A stretch of 23,221 nucleotides of DNA from an uncultured Gemmatimonadota bacterium (GCA_964626665.1 CAZVGK010000040.1:1-23221); one strand, 5' to 3'. Counted from the first letter of the stretch, positions 1-10,554 are shown. The notes: generated by a model not told the origin, from the letters alone. A program made the numbers and translations.

Positions 1-10
1 TTGTTGATAC

Positions 11-949
11 TCATTCGCTGAAAACCTCACTTGCCTCTTTTATAATTTGAGGGGGGATATCTATGCCCAACCTTTCAGCAGCTATCCGATTCAAAGATAG
101 CTTGGTCTTTCTCGGTATTGAACACTCGATATAGGCTGGCCTTTCGCCATTAAGTATCCTTAAGGTGATTTTTGCTGCCTGTCGGCCTAAGTCATTGTAA
201 TTGCAATCAAAAGAAAATAGCGCTCCTGCTTTAGTGTAAAGCGAAGAAAGACCAACAACCGGAAACTTCTCCCTTAAACTTTGAAGCAGTAAATGCTTTA
301 CTGAACCAGGAGAATATATCTTTGAATCGGGAATCATCAGGAAACAGTCTATCCGACGGGAAATATCTTTTAGCGCATTAGGAAATCCTCCTTCTGAATC
401 GATCCTTTTTCCAATAAATTTGAAGCCCATTTGACGGCCAATCCGGGATATTTCCTTGTATGCTGCAGTCAATCCAGGCGAATATATCACACCGATCTTT
501 TTTGTATCAGGAAGTATCCTTTTGATCCCCTGTAATTTTATCTCAACAGGAATCTCCATTGATACCCCGGTGATATTTGAGGTAGAAATTTCCTCAGGGT
601 GGAAAACCATACAAAACACCACCGGGATATTCTTTATCTTCTCTTTGGCCAATTTCGATGCCTTTGTGCCCAGGGTAACAACTACAGCCGGTTCTGCCTT
701 GTTTATTCGGGAATAAACTGCTGCAGGTTCCTCTTTCTTTAAGTTGTATTCAGAAACCCATAGAGGCACTTTTTTAGCATCAAAGAATCCCTGGAATCCC
801 TCCCAAGCCTGCCTGTAGGCTTCTACATCAGATGGGAAAACTACTGAAACTACTGCCCGCTCTGCTGCAGAGCACCAGAGAGTAGAAAATACCAAACAAG
901 CAATTGCCAAGAAAAGAGGGGTTTTCCTTATTTCAACGCCCAAATTCAT
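11..949 (-). CDS. ABC-type periplasmic substrate-binding protein (ABC_sub_bind/PF04392-like), probably a sensory partner
   Basis: 312 aa; N-terminal signal-like segment; family motifs VVTLGTKA, IPVVFCMV, NITGVS, KKIGVIYS, LGRQAA..RILNGERP, LNRIAAERLGIDIP; GGAG RBS; 14 bp after receptor stop. Confidence 0.85.
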   Translation of the reverse strand: MNLGVEIRKTPLFLAIACLVFSTLWCSAAERAVVSVVFPSDVEAYRQAWEGFQGFFDAKKVPLWVSEYNLKKEEPAAVYSRINKAEPAVVVTLGTKASKLAKEKIKNIPVVFCMVFHPEEISTSNITGVSMEIPVEIKLQGIKRILPDTKKIGVIYSPGLTAAYKEISRIGRQMGFKFIGKRIDSEGGFPNALKDISRRIDCFLMIPDSKIYSPGSVKHLLLQSLREKFPVVGLSSLYTKAGALFSFDCNYNDLGRQAAKITLRILNGERPAYIECSIPRKTKLSLNRIAAERLGIDIPPQIIKEASEVFSE

Positions 950-963
950 CTATATGAGATCTC

Positions 964-2814
964 CTAAAATTTGCAACTGACGCTTGCAGTTATGCGGCGG
1001 TCGACTTTGTCTGCACCAACCCACCCAATTGGATTTGATTCATAGTGTATGTCGTTAAGTAGGTTAGAGGTAGCTACCCCAAACTCAAAATTATCCATAG
1101 GCACATAGGCAATCCGGGCATCAACAGTGGTATAAGAAGCGACTTTTTGCGGTGCAGGCAAAAGACCCAACGCCGGGTTAGCTGCATCTAACATCTCATA
1201 AAACTTATCCACATAATGAAAGGTTAAATTGGACGACCATTTGGCAAATTTAGTGTGTAAACCAATGTTGCACATGTTCTTGGGGTCTATCTCCAAGTTG
1301 CCAAAGTCACTGCGATGGATCCTCTGATAAGTATAGTTGACGAAACTTGTTAACCAGTTGGCACACAGAAAATCAAGGCCCAATTCCACTCCATGCTTAT
1401 GGCCATTAACTTCATTTCTCGGAGTGATACTTAAGTCGTTAGGAATTAGACCTCGGTAATCATTGTAGAAAATGGCGCTATTTAATTTAATCCGTTTGGC
1501 CGGGTGGCCGTAGTAAGCTAATTCATAGGAAATAATTCTTTCTTCATTCAAAGAAGGGTTAAATGTAAACGGGAAGATATTGCCCCAACCATAGAGCTGA
1601 GCAAGAGAAGGCAGATAATACCCATTGGCAATAGTTAGAGCAAGACGTTGTCTCTCAGCTGGTTTATAGATAATGCTGCCCCTTCCAAGACCAACAAAGT
1701 CCAGTTCAGAAAAATATTCTACCCTGCCTCCTAAGGTAAGGATAAGTTGATCCGTGGCATGATATTCATTTTCTGCCTTTATGGCATAGTCTTCGATATC
1801 GCTATCATGCCTGTCACCTACATTGTTTTTGACTGTAAAATCAACCATCTTCCCAAATCCGCCTATACTGGTTATGTTCTTGCCCCATTTGAAGATGCGC
1901 ATAACTTCAACCTCATGGTTTGCGTCATTCACACTAATCAGTTCTTCCACAGCGTTTTTAAACTGTTTATTATAGAAAAGACGCATCCAGAAGTTGGGTC
2001 GGTCATACCGCAGAGTAAAATAGGTGTTTTTTACATTCGTACAGTGGCGAGTGATTGCATCATCGCTATAACGATGTCGAATATCCGCGGAAATGGACGA
2101 TTCGTCACCAAGATGATAGACCACCCTGCCAGACACGTAGTTGGTTCGGCTATCTTCGTGCATAAAGAAGTCTCTGGGAGGAGACATATAGTCAGACTTG
2201 AGATGGCCGACGCCAATGCTATAGTCCCAGTTCTTATATCTTCCACCGTAGAGCACATCACCACGTACTGTATTCCAGTTACCGCCTACCAAATTCACTT
2301 GAGCTCCTTCTAATTGTTCGGGGGTTTTGGTGACGATATTGATTACCCCACTGAAAGCAGAACCGCCATAGAATACCCCACCGGGACCCTTAACAATCTC
2401 AATGCGTTCGATCTCCTCCAGAGCTACAGGTATTAAGTCAACATATGTGTGATTCACATGGTGCAGATATGCACTGCTACCATCGAGTGTAATCAGGACA
2501 TGTTGAGCATCAGCGAACCCACGAACGCCTATAGCATGGCTGCTTACAGAAGTTTCCCTTATCTGTATTCCGGTCACATTCCTTAACACATCAGCAATAC
2601 TTGTTGCCCCTGATTGTTTAATGTCCTCAGCAGTAATGATTTCTATGTTTGATGCCGCTTCAGTGATGGGTTGTAGCCTTTTGCTGGATGCAAACACTAC
2701 CGGAATCTCCATAAAAAGCAGTTCCTCATCTGCTTCCTGCTGAGCCAAAGCGTCAGAAGCAACTCCGACAACCAACATTGCAAAAATTGCTAAAACCAAA
2801 ATACCCTTCTTCAT
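964..2814 (-). CDS. TonB-dependent outer-membrane receptor (copy 1)
   Basis: 616 aa; signal peptide; plug motifs IITAEDIKQSGATSIADVLR and IERIEIVKGPGGVFYGGSAFSGVINIVTK; C-terminal Phe; GAGGAGG RBS. Confidence 0.92.
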   Translation of the reverse strand: MKKGILVLAIFAMLVVGVASDALAQQEADEELLFMEIPVVFASSKRLQPITEAASNIEIITAEDIKQSGATSIADVLRNVTGIQIRETSVSSHAIGVRGFADAQHVLITLDGSSAYLHHVNHTYVDLIPVALEEIERIEIVKGPGGVFYGGSAFSGVINIVTKTPEQLEGAQVNLVGGNWNTVRGDVLYGGRYKNWDYSIGVGHLKSDYMSPPRDFFMHEDSRTNYVSGRVVYHLGDESSISADIRHRYSDDAITRHCTNVKNTYFTLRYDRPNFWMRLFYNKQFKNAVEELISVNDANHEVEVMRIFKWGKNITSIGGFGKMVDFTVKNNVGDRHDSDIEDYAIKAENEYHATDQLILTLGGRVEYFSELDFVGLGRGSIIYKPAERQRLALTIANGYYLPSLAQLYGWGNIFPFTFNPSLNEERIISYELAYYGHPAKRIKLNSAIFYNDYRGLIPNDLSITPRNEVNGHKHGVELGLDFLCANWLTSFVNYTYQRIHRSDFGNLEIDPKNMCNIGLHTKFAKWSSNLTFHYVDKFYEMLDAANPALGLLPAPQKVASYTTVDARIAYVPMDNFEFGVATSNLLNDIHYESNPIGWVGADKVDRRITASVSCKF

Positions 2815-2846
2815 TTCCTCCTCTTTTTTGGGAATTATATCCCCGG

Positions 2847-2963
2847 TTAAAAATTACAGTTATTGACCCCTATTTCGTTAATGTTATAGTTCTTAGTGAT
2901 TATGAAGATCTGCACAAAGCTGACTAGATAATTCGCTAACAAATTTTCAATGCCCAAATTCAT
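2847..2963 (-). pseudogene. 38-codon remnant: duplicated first codons of the substrate-binding protein gene running into unrelated sequence
   Basis: ATGAATTTGGGCATTGAAA versus ATGAATTTGGGCGTTGAAA at 949, with the same 14-bp spacer after the receptor stop; reads MNLGIENLL...CNF*. Confidence 0.7.
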
Positions 2964-2977
2964 CTATATGAAATCTC

Positions 2978-4885
2978 CTAAAATTTGCAACTGACACCTA
3001 CGGTTATGCGGCGATCAATCAAATCTCCCGTATGCCAGTTACCTGGATTCGAATCTGGAGGATTTGATTCATAATGCCTGTTTTCAAGCAGATTGTAAGC
3101 GGCTACGGATAACTCGAGATTGTCTATGGGACTGTAGGCAATACGACCATTCAGAGTATAGTAAGACTCTACCTTTGACGGTTGAGCAGTACCAAGCGTG
3201 TCTTGTATACGACCGAATACCGGGTTGGATGTCAGGTATATCTCGTGATACTCATCCACATAATGGAAAGTAGCATTCGCTGACCATTTGGCAAGCTTGG
3301 CCCTTAAACCGAAATTGACTTTGTGTTCCGGGTCCACCGCCAGATCGCCAAAATCGTCTCGGTGAATTGCCTGGTAGGTATAGTTGACAAATCCTCTTAA
3401 TCGATCCGAAACAATGAAATGAAAATCTATTTCTCCACCCTTTTGATGGGCATTGGCCACATTCTTCATAGGACCTGCCTGGGTATTGTCAATCAAGTCC
3501 CGGTAATCGTTGTAAAAAATGGCGGTCTTTAACTGAACCTTCTCAGTTGGCTGGCCGTAATAACTCCATTCATAGGATGTAATCTTCTCTTCTCTCAAAG
3601 AGTAACTACCTAAAGCAAAGGGATAAGCAATACCTTCATTCGTATGCTGAAAGAGAGAGGGTATGTAATAGCCGGTGGCTATGGTAAAACGGAACCCCTG
3701 ATTCCATGTTGGCTTATAAATAACACTGCCCCGTCCAAGGCCGAGATAATCTAAATGCGTATGATACTCTCCTCGAGCCCCTAAGAAAAGTATGAATTGG
3801 TCATTAAAACGGCATTCATTTTCTATGTTTAACGCCCCGTCTTTTACATCGTGTTTTTCGAGGTTCCCGATTTCCGGTCCTCCAGGGAATGTTTCCTTAA
3901 GGGGTTCTACTTCCCAGGCAGTCTGTTTTACAAACCCACCCAGAGAGGTAACATTCTTTCCCCATCTGAAAGAACGAAAGATCTCCAACTCATAGTTAGC
4001 ATCCTTTACCGAATAGGTCTCGTCCCAAAAGGTTTTTTCGTGGTTATTATAGAAAAAACGCGCCCAGAATTCGGGTTGACCCCAACGTAAGGCAATAAAT
4101 GTCGTCTTGGGTTGACATACAGTAGAGATGACATTTTTAGCATCTGAATATCGAGCCATTAAGGATAATGATGATCTTTGGTCCAGGTTATAAATGGCTT
4201 TCCCACCAAAATAACCAACTGAAAACTTCTTTCCTTCTATACCCTTCAGTTGGGGGGCTTCCCACTCCTCGACCTGGTGATAACCGCCAGCAATGCTATA
4301 ATCTAAATTCTTATAGCTTCCGGCATGTATTAGGTTGCTACGGACTGTCTCCCAATTACCACCTACCACATTTAATTGCGTCCCCCTTAACTGCTGGGGA
4401 GTTTTGGTGATGATATTGATGACACCACTGAAGGCATTACCGCCATAGAAAATTGCCCCTGGCCCTTTGATGATCTCAATGTGGTCGACCTCCTCCAAAT
4501 CAACCGGCGCCCAATCAAGAAATATATGGTTCGCGTGATACATAAAGACATTATTCCCATCCAGGGTGACAAGAAGATGGCCGGTATCACAAAAGCCCCG
4601 AACTCCGATGACATGCTGACCGGCGTCTGATTCTCTGACATCTATTCCGGCAACCGATCTTAAAACATCACCGATATTGGTGGCTCCTGACTCCCTAATG
4701 TCCTCAGCAGTAATGATTTCTATGTTTGATGCCGCTTCAGTAATGGGTTGTAGCCTCTTGCTGGATGCAAACACTACCGGAATCTCCATAAACAGGAGTT
4801 CCTCTTCTTCCTGGGCCAGAGTATCAACACCACTTCCTACAACCAACAGCCCAAGAATTGCCAAAGCCAATATACCCTTCTTCAT
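2978..4885 (-). CDS. TonB-dependent outer-membrane receptor (copy 2), 635 aa
   Basis: Start reassigned to ATG 4885 (MKKGILAL..., GGAGGAGG RBS, matches paralog start); plug motif IEIIKGPGAIFYGGNAFSGVINIITK; ends VSCKF like copy 1. Confidence 0.92.
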   Translation of the reverse strand: MKKGILALAILGLLVVGSGVDTLAQEEEELLFMEIPVVFASSKRLQPITEAASNIEIITAEDIRESGATNIGDVLRSVAGIDVRESDAGQHVIGVRGFCDTGHLLVTLDGNNVFMYHANHIFLDWAPVDLEEVDHIEIIKGPGAIFYGGNAFSGVINIITKTPQQLRGTQLNVVGGNWETVRSNLIHAGSYKNLDYSIAGGYHQVEEWEAPQLKGIEGKKFSVGYFGGKAIYNLDQRSSLSLMARYSDAKNVISTVCQPKTTFIALRWGQPEFWARFFYNNHEKTFWDETYSVKDANYELEIFRSFRWGKNVTSLGGFVKQTAWEVEPLKETFPGGPEIGNLEKHDVKDGALNIENECRFNDQFILFLGARGEYHTHLDYLGLGRGSVIYKPTWNQGFRFTIATGYYIPSLFQHTNEGIAYPFALGSYSLREEKITSYEWSYYGQPTEKVQLKTAIFYNDYRDLIDNTQAGPMKNVANAHQKGGEIDFHFIVSDRLRGFVNYTYQAIHRDDFGDLAVDPEHKVNFGLRAKLAKWSANATFHYVDEYHEIYLTSNPVFGRIQDTLGTAQPSKVESYYTLNGRIAYSPIDNLELSVAAYNLLENRHYESNPPDSNPGNWHTGDLIDRRITVGVSCKF

Positions 4886-4946
4886 TTTCCTCCTCCTTTT
4901 TTGGGGATTATATCCCCGGTTAAAAACCGCACCTATCCCTCTATAT

Positions 4947-5115
4947 GAACTTGGCTTCCTTGCGGTCGCTAAATTCTCCAGAGAGTCTCCTGACCCTATG
5001 GCGCTCCGCAATCCCCCACTCGCTCGGATCGCTCCGCTGTCAAGACTGAAGAGGGCATACCCCATTCAAACATCCCCCGACGTTGCGGAATCTCTTAGAA
5101 ATTCCGAAACGTCCC
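4947..5115 (-). repeat. Five-hairpin structured element, copy A (in receptor-operon leader)
   Basis: Same length and hairpin order as 22075-22241; shared motifs TCGGAA.TTCTA...TTCCG and TTAGCGACCG(C)AAGGAAGC. Confidence 0.65.
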
Positions 5116-5175
5116 GTGTAGTAAAGAATTAAACCTTGAAGGCACAGGTATGTCTGTTCCCTCTTGCCTCCAATT

Positions 5176-5203
5176 ATATCGGTAAATATACAAGACAACT
5201 TTA
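5176..5203 (-). promoter_or_regulatory. sigma-28 (FliA/SigD)-type promoter for the receptor operon
   Basis: TAAAGTTG-N12-ACCGATAT versus consensus TAAAGTTT-N11-GCCGATAA. Confidence 0.65.
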
Positions 5204-5363
5204 ATCATTTCTTCCACTCCTCTCGGCTATTATGATTGGAACAACTGAGATGGCAGAATTCCTCCAACATAGAATAGGCGTTTTGCACATTGGAACCCCT
5301 TGTGCTACAACGGATTCCAGAACCACATTTTTTGCTTTTACCCCCAAATTTTCGCTCAGTCCT

Positions 5364-5422
5364 GGTCGGATAAATTCAACCCCTACATCTCAAACCCTTG
5401 TAGAGGTTTGATTTATCGAACC
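5364..5422. repeat. Inverted pair of GTAG-type REP-like palindromes
   Basis: GTAGGGGTTGAATTTATCCGACC (minus, 5386-5364) and GTAGAGGTTTGATTTATCGAACC (plus, 5400-5422), 18/23 identical, each an imperfect hairpin. Confidence 0.65.
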
Positions 5423-5581
5423 CGAGGTTCATACTTGTTTCAGAACCATTTCAAAAACCTTAGAATTAGAGGAGAAACCTTAGAGTTGTTTCGCTCGCTC
5501 CTCTTCAGTGGAGTAATCTGACTGTTCGGAGTTAGATCTTTTTGTTCACAATGACAAGAAGAATTTTGGGATGTATTTTAC

Positions 5582-5754
5582 TAACCTGAATTATTCATGC
5601 CACAAATACACCAAGCCCCAAAGTGTTGATAGAATAGGGATTAAAACAAAAGGTTAGAGGCTAATGGAGAGCGACTCAATTTACAAACCGAAGTGCTCTA
5701 ATGTCTTATATTCTTAGTGTCTTCGTGGCAAAGGTTTGTGAATAATCCGGGCTA
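5582..5754. mobile_element. Non-coding MITE-like element with nested inverted repeats
   Basis: Outer IR TAACCTGAATTATTCAT / GTGAATAATCCGGGCTA (13/17); inner IR TGCCACAAATACACCAAG / CTTAGTGTCTTCGTGGCA (15/18). Confidence 0.55.
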
Positions 5755-5803
5755 AAGGCCTCAAACTTCTGAGATCCCTCCAAAATCACTTAAATGTTAA
5801 ACG

Positions 5804-8800
5804 CTACCGAGCATCTAAGGCCTTGCGCACCTTGTTGGATATCTCCTCCAGGGAGAATGGCTTGTGCAGGAAATCCTTTACCCCCAGGTCCAATATCCCT
5901 TGGGCGGCAGTGTTCTTCGCATAGCCACTGGCGAGCAAAGCCTTTACCTCGGGGTTAATCCGTTTCAGTTCCTGGAAGGTCTCCTTGCCCCCCATCCTGG
6001 GCATCATCATATCAACGATTACCATATCTATCTTTGCCTGATGCTCCCGATAGAGATCTACAGCCTCCTGTCCATCAGAGGCTAACATCACCCCATATCC
6101 CAAGTTCTCCAGGATGTCCTTCATCAAATGGCGCAGAATCTCCTCATCATCAACCACCAGAATAGACTCACTTCCCAAGGATACCTTCTCCTCCTTTCTC
6201 TCGGGCCGGATGAGTGAATCCTGAGCAAGGGGGAGATAAATTTCAAATGTTGTTCCCTTGCCTGCCTCACTGTAGACGGATAGGTAACCATTATGGTTTT
6301 TTACGATGCCATAGACCATGGCCAGACCCAGCCCTGTGCCCCTGCCCTGCTCCTTGGTGGTGAAGAAAGGATCGAATATCTTGGTCTTCGTTCTCTTATC
6401 CATTCCCATACCTGTATCCGAGACTGTGATGCAGAGATAATCCCCGGGGGTAGCTCCTAAGTGTTTGGAGGCAAACCCTTCATCCAGATGCACCTGCCGA
6501 GAGTTGATGGAAAGCTGCCCACCATTGGGCATTGCATCCCGGGCATTGACACAGAGGTTCATCAAAACCTGCTCTAATTGATTTTGATCCCCCTTGGTGA
6601 GAGGATTGTCCTCACATAATTCTGTCTTGATCTCTATCCTCTTGTCGACGGATGCAGAGAGCAGCTCCACCACCCCACCGACTAAGTAGTTAATGTCCAC
6701 GGGCTTGTTCTCATACTTGCCCTGACGGGCAAAGCCGAGCAGCCTGTTGGTCAACTCCGCAGCCCTGTTGCTGGCCCGCTCAATCAGCTCCACATATTTG
6801 CGGTGAGGATCATCCGGGGCCAACTTGCTCAAAAGCAAGGAGGAATAGCCGAGGATTCCGCCAAGGAGGTTATTGAAGTCATGGGCGATCCCACCAGCCA
6901 GGGTTCCCACTGCTTCCATCTTTTGTGCCTGGCGGAGTTGATTCTCCAGCTTTGCCTTCTCCTCCTCTGCTCTTTTGCGATCGGTGATGTTAACTGAAAA
7001 ACCGATTATCCCTATAATGTCACCATTTTCTTCTCTATATGGTATTTTATCCGTGCTAACCCACATTATTCCTTCGGGAGTTTCTACTGGTTCCTCAATA
7101 AGTCTCTTCGGAATGCCAGATTTCATTACTACGAGATTGTCGTTATTAAATCTTCTGGCCATATCTTCAGGGTATAAATCAAATAGAGATTTGCCCTTTA
7201 TATCGTCTGGGGGTTTTTGAAGCGCGGCTGCAAAAGCCTCATTGACTCTTATGAAATTACCTTCCTTATCTATCCAAAAAATCATCGCTGGCACTGTACT
7301 CAATAACACAGCCTGTTCGTTGGTAATTCTTTGCAGCACCTCCTCAGCTCTTTTGCGCTCGGTGATGTCACGATAAATGGCATAGACAGCTACCTGTCCA
7401 CCATTAACTTTAATTGGCTTCCCCAGAATTGATACATCGACCAGGGTTCCATCCTTGCATTGACGCACACTCTCCAGGGCGCCCCCCTCACCCCGTACTA
7501 CCTGCTTTGTGAGAGAGTAGGCTTCCTCACGAAGAGCATCTGGCGCAAGCAGTTCGTCTATTGAGCGGCCCAGTGTCTCATCAAGCGTATACCCAAACAC
7601 CCTGGTGAATGCGCTGTTTGCCCGTAACACCCGACTATCGGTGTCCACCACGGCGATTGCCTCTGGGGAACTCTCGAAGAGCTTCTCCAAATAGGCCTTC
7701 TCCACCCGCAGCGTCTCCTCTATCCTCTTGTGTTTAGTAACATTACGGCTTACTCCCACTAATCCAACGATGTTCCTCTGATCATCAATGACTGGAGATT
7801 TGACAGTATCGAAGAAGATCTTCTCGCCCTTTTCATTGGTCATTTGCTCCTCGACAGCAACCACTTTATGCCTTTTGATGACCTCCGCGTCACTTCTTTT
7901 ACATTGTTTGGCCAATTCCCCCGGAAACAACTGGTCGTCGGTTTTGCCTAAAATCTCCTTTTTCCCTAAGCCCACCATTTTTTCAAATGCTTTGTTCACC
8001 ACAAGGTTTCTCCCCTGGACATCCTTGAAGTAGATCACATCGGAGATAGTATCGAGCAATGTATTGAGCCGGGTATTTGCCTTCCACAACTCTACCTCTG
8101 CCCTCTTCCGCTCGGTGATGTCCCTCTGCACTGATACTGAATACTGGGTCTTCCCGGTTCTCTCCCTCACTGCGCTGGCACTGAGAAGCATGGTTCTCCT
8201 CTCCCCTTCCTTGGTAATGATGATCATCTCCTCATCCTTGAGTCTCCCGATTCTTCTCCACTTGGAGAAAAGCCGGTTTATCTTCCTCTGCGATTCCGGA
8301 GCATAGATTGTATTCAACGGTTTGCCCACAAGCTCCTTTTTCCTATAGCCAAGCATGTGGAGCGCTGCCTTGTTCACATCAAGAACCATGCCCTCAGGGG
8401 AAATCATATAGCAGTATTCGGGATCGTTCTCGAAAAACTGATTGAATCGTTCCTCGCTCTCTTGCAAAGCCTCTTCTGCCCGTTTTCGCTTCGTGATTTC
8501 CAGGGTTATCTCCACTCCTCCAATCACATCATCATTGGCACCTCTTACCGGAATACCTCTGATGAGCCAAGGTCTTCCATCAGGAGTAGTTTTTTCTACT
8601 TTATGGGGATGTCCGGTTTGCATAGCCTTTATCACGGGACAGTCCGGGCAGGGATCCTCCCTTTTGGGCCATATCTCGTAACAGTAGCGGCCGATGAGCT
8701 CCTCCCGGGAGAGGCCAACAGATTTGCAGGCGGCCTGATTGGCCCAGATAATCCTCATCTCCGTATCTTCGTAAACCACATGCTCAATCAAGCTATCGAG

Positions 8801-8932
8801 AATGGAAGTTTCTCTTCCTTCTCCCCTGACCACCCCTGTTTGGCTATTTGATAGCTCTAACTCGGCAACTTGTTGGCGCAAGTTTGCTATTTCATCTATG
8901 AGTTGCCCTTTGGATTTCTCTCTCTCCTTCAT
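5804..8932 (-). CDS. Soluble hybrid sensor histidine kinase/response regulator with five PAS domains (CckA-like architecture)
   Basis: Five PAS/PAC units ending in [10 protein letters not shown]-like linkers; H-box [13 protein letters not shown]-box [11 protein letters not shown]-boxes [20 protein letters not shown]; receiver ILVVDDEE...DMMMP...KPF; no TM segment; ATG 8932 follows GAGGAG (ORF track starts at TTG 8947). Confidence 0.95.
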   Translation of the reverse strand: MKEREKSKGQLIDEIANLRQQVAELELSNSQTGVVRGEGRETSILDSLIEHVVYEDTEMRIIWANQAACKSVGLSREELIGRYCYEIWPKREDPCPDCPVIKAMQTGHPHKVEKTTPDGRPWLIRGIPVRGANDDVIGGVEITLEITKRKRAEEALQESEERFNQFFENDPEYCYMISPEGMVLDVNKAALHMLGYRKKELVGKPLNTIYAPESQRKINRLFSKWRRIGRLKDEEMIIITKEGERRTMLLSASAVRERTGKTQYSVSVQRDITERKRAEVELWKANTRLNTLLDTISDVIYFKDVQGRNLVVNKAFEKMVGLGKKEILGKTDDQLFPGELAKQCKRSDAEVIKRHKVVAVEEQMTNEKGEKIFFDTVKSPVIDDQRNIVGLVGVSRNVTKHKRIEETLRVEKAYLEKLFESSPEAIAVVDTDSRVLRANSAFTRVFGYTLDETLGRSIDELLAPDALREEAYSLTKQVVRGEGGALESVRQCKDGTLVDVSILGKPIKVNGGQVAVYAIYRDITERKRAEEVLQRITNEQAVLLSTVPAMIFWIDKEGNFIRVNEAFAAALQKPPDDIKGKSLFDLYPEDMARRFNNDNLVVMKSGIPKRLIEEPVETPEGIMWVSTDKIPYREENGDIIGIIGFSVNITDRKRAEEEKAKLENQLRQAQKMEAVGTLAGGIAHDFNNLLGGILGYSSLLLSKLAPDDPHRKYVELIERASNRAAELTNRLLGFARQGKYENKPVDINYLVGGVVELLSASVDKRIEIKTELCEDNPLTKGDQNQLEQVLMNLCVNARDAMPNGGQLSINSRQVHLDEGFASKHLGATPGDYLCITVSDTGMGMDKRTKTKIFDPFFTTKEQGRGTGLGLAMVYGIVKNHNGYLSVYSEAGKGTTFEIYLPLAQDSLIRPERKEEKVSLGSESILVVDDEEILRHLMKDILENLGYGVMLASDGQEAVDLYREHQAKIDMVIVDMMMPRMGGKETFQELKRINPEVKALLASGYAKNTAAQGILDLGVKDFLHKPFSLEEISNKVRKALDAR

Positions 8933-9076
8933 TAGATCTCTCCTCAAATAGACAGCAATTTTATCTGGTCTGCAATCAAAGAATGGCTCTCCCTCTGTTC
9001 GCTCGCACTGTTAGATGAGAGCATCTGACGGCACATATCCGCATAATTCTGCGTTCATCTGCGGTTCCCTATTTCC

Positions 9077-9142
9077 TTCTACCCGGCTTTAGCCCCGTGT
9101 TGGGGCCTGAAGGCCCTGAACCCGCACTAAAGTGCGGTAGAA
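9077..9142. repeat. CTAAAG-loop multi-hairpin element, copy 1
   Basis: TTCTACC...GGTAGAA ends; hairpins with CTTTAG, CTGAAG and CTAAAG centres; 23-bp AACCCGCACTAAAGTGCGGTAGA identical at 9119, 10575 and 12949. Confidence 0.8.
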
Positions 9143-9307
9143 AGGAGCCAAGTCCGTCAATGTGAAGAGCCGGATGATGAAGCCACTTCACAATCTAAAC
9201 CTTTATTCAGGGGTTGGGATTGCTTTTCTGATTTTGCTAAGACAAGTAAGCTTCATAGTGCTCCCAGTAGCAAAAAAGAAAAGCTCCCAAGGATAGACCT
9301 ATCCTTC

Positions 9308-9334
9308 TTATCGGCTGATTACAAAATAACTTTA
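9308..9334 (-). promoter_or_regulatory. sigma-28 (FliA/SigD)-type promoter upstream of the hybrid kinase
   Basis: TAAAGTTA-N11-GCCGATAA, one mismatch from the E. coli sigma-28 consensus, with correct spacing and orientation. Confidence 0.8.
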
Positions 9335-9653
9335 GAAAAATTTACGCTTAAAGATGGAAATGTTTGATTTTGATAGGGGATAGGAGGGAATAAAACATTG
9401 ATGATTGGATTACAGGGGTATTTGTGAGAGAGCTCCTTTCTGAGGAATTGAGCAGTAGAACTATACTTTACATGGGTATAAACTGCGTTCTCTGACCGCA
9501 CGGGGCGATAAAGGACTTATCTTGGCGGCCCTGGTGGTTTCTTTGGGCTCTTTGCGGTTAATTGGTGATCCACAGTTTGTTGGGGATGATAACATCCCCA
9601 ACGAGCAGAAGATTTGCCCTTCAGGGTTTAATCACGAAAGCATCCTGAGGGTT

Positions 9654-10148
9654 TCATTTGAAGTAGTAATGGAGGGCTAACTCAGGGAGAAAGAGGATCT
9701 CATTTCTGTTAGTAAGATAGGTAAACTCCCCATCTATTGCCACGCCAATTCTGGAGGATTTAATGACTTCAATTCCGAACCCGAAGCCGGTATTCAAATA
9801 CTGATGGTCCTTCCAATGGTTCTTTTGCAAATCCTTGTCCCATTTCTTCTCCTTTTGGCGGAAGTAGCCCACTCCGGTCAAGATGTAAAACCTGATAATC
9901 TCGGTTCGGTGTAATGTTCTCTGAAGAAGGAATCCGAGGTCATAATTTAGCTTCTTCTTTGTCTTCCAGATACCACCGGTAAATTGGAGGCAGAGTTTAC
10001 CAGGGGTATGAACTTTATAGCTCATTCCCGCACCTGAGATATATCCGGCGGCAAAGCCCAGTCCCTGAGTAAGCTCCTCTTCAGAGTAAGAGGTAGAAAG
10101 AGGGAGAAAGCCAAGCACCACAACCATTAGGCTAAATTTGAATATCAT
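9654..10148 (-). CDS. Exported hypothetical protein, probable small outer-membrane beta-barrel
   Basis: 164 aa; signal peptide; alternating Gly/aromatic strands; C-terminus LALHYYFK. Confidence 0.6.
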   Translation of the reverse strand: MIFKFSLMVVVLGFLPLSTSYSEEELTQGLGFAAGYISGAGMSYKVHTPGKLCLQFTGGIWKTKKKLNYDLGFLLQRTLHRTEIIRFYILTGVGYFRQKEKKWDKDLQKNHWKDHQYLNTGFGFGIEVIKSSRIGVAIDGEFTYLTNRNEILFLPELALHYYFK

Positions 10149-10214
10149 ATCAAAACCTATATATAGTTAAGGGGATGATGAAGGATCACCATCCCCTTGG
10201 TTTGAGAGAAATCC

Positions 10215-10403
10215 TCACTCCTCTAACATTATGGCGTCAGTGGGACAATCCTCAGCCGCCTCTTTGGCGCATTCCTCTGCCTCCGCAGGAAGGGGATTGG
10301 CCTTGGGTTTAGCCACATCGCCGTCCATTTCAAATCCCTCTGGACAATTGGTGACACAGATTTCACAGCCTATACAACTATCCGCGTCCACTACTGCCTT
10401 CAC
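10215..10403 (-). CDS. Single-cluster [4Fe-4S]/[3Fe-4S] ferredoxin
   Basis: CIGCEICVTNCP and distal DCPTDAI; acidic 62 aa; AAGGAGGT RBS before GTG. Confidence 0.93.
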   Translation of the reverse strand: MKAVVDADSCIGCEICVTNCPEGFEMDGDVAKPKANPLPAEAEECAKEAAEDCPTDAIMLEE

Positions 10404-10435
10404 CTTTACCTCCTTTTAGATTTTAAATTGGTAAG

Positions 10436-10464
10436 AAAATATGCCCTCCGGGGTGGATTGTCAA
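10436..10464 (-). promoter_or_regulatory. sigma-70-type promoter for ferredoxin
   Basis: TTGACA-N17-TATTTT. Confidence 0.7.
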
Positions 10465-10554
10465 GGGGATTTAGCACCCGATAGCAAAAAAGAGATTTTC
10501 TGCCTTACTTCAACCTGTCCCGAACCGGAACGGGTCGGGACAGGTAACCTTATA

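Noticed and set aside
4886-5065. 60-aa N-terminal extension of receptor copy 2 in the ORF track
   Set aside because: Runs through the structured repeat; RBS, signal peptide and paralog all place the start at 4885
4886-5170. Cobalamin, TPP or c-di-GMP riboswitch in the receptor leader
   Set aside because: None of the conserved aptamer motifs could be found by eye; an Rfam scan would settle it
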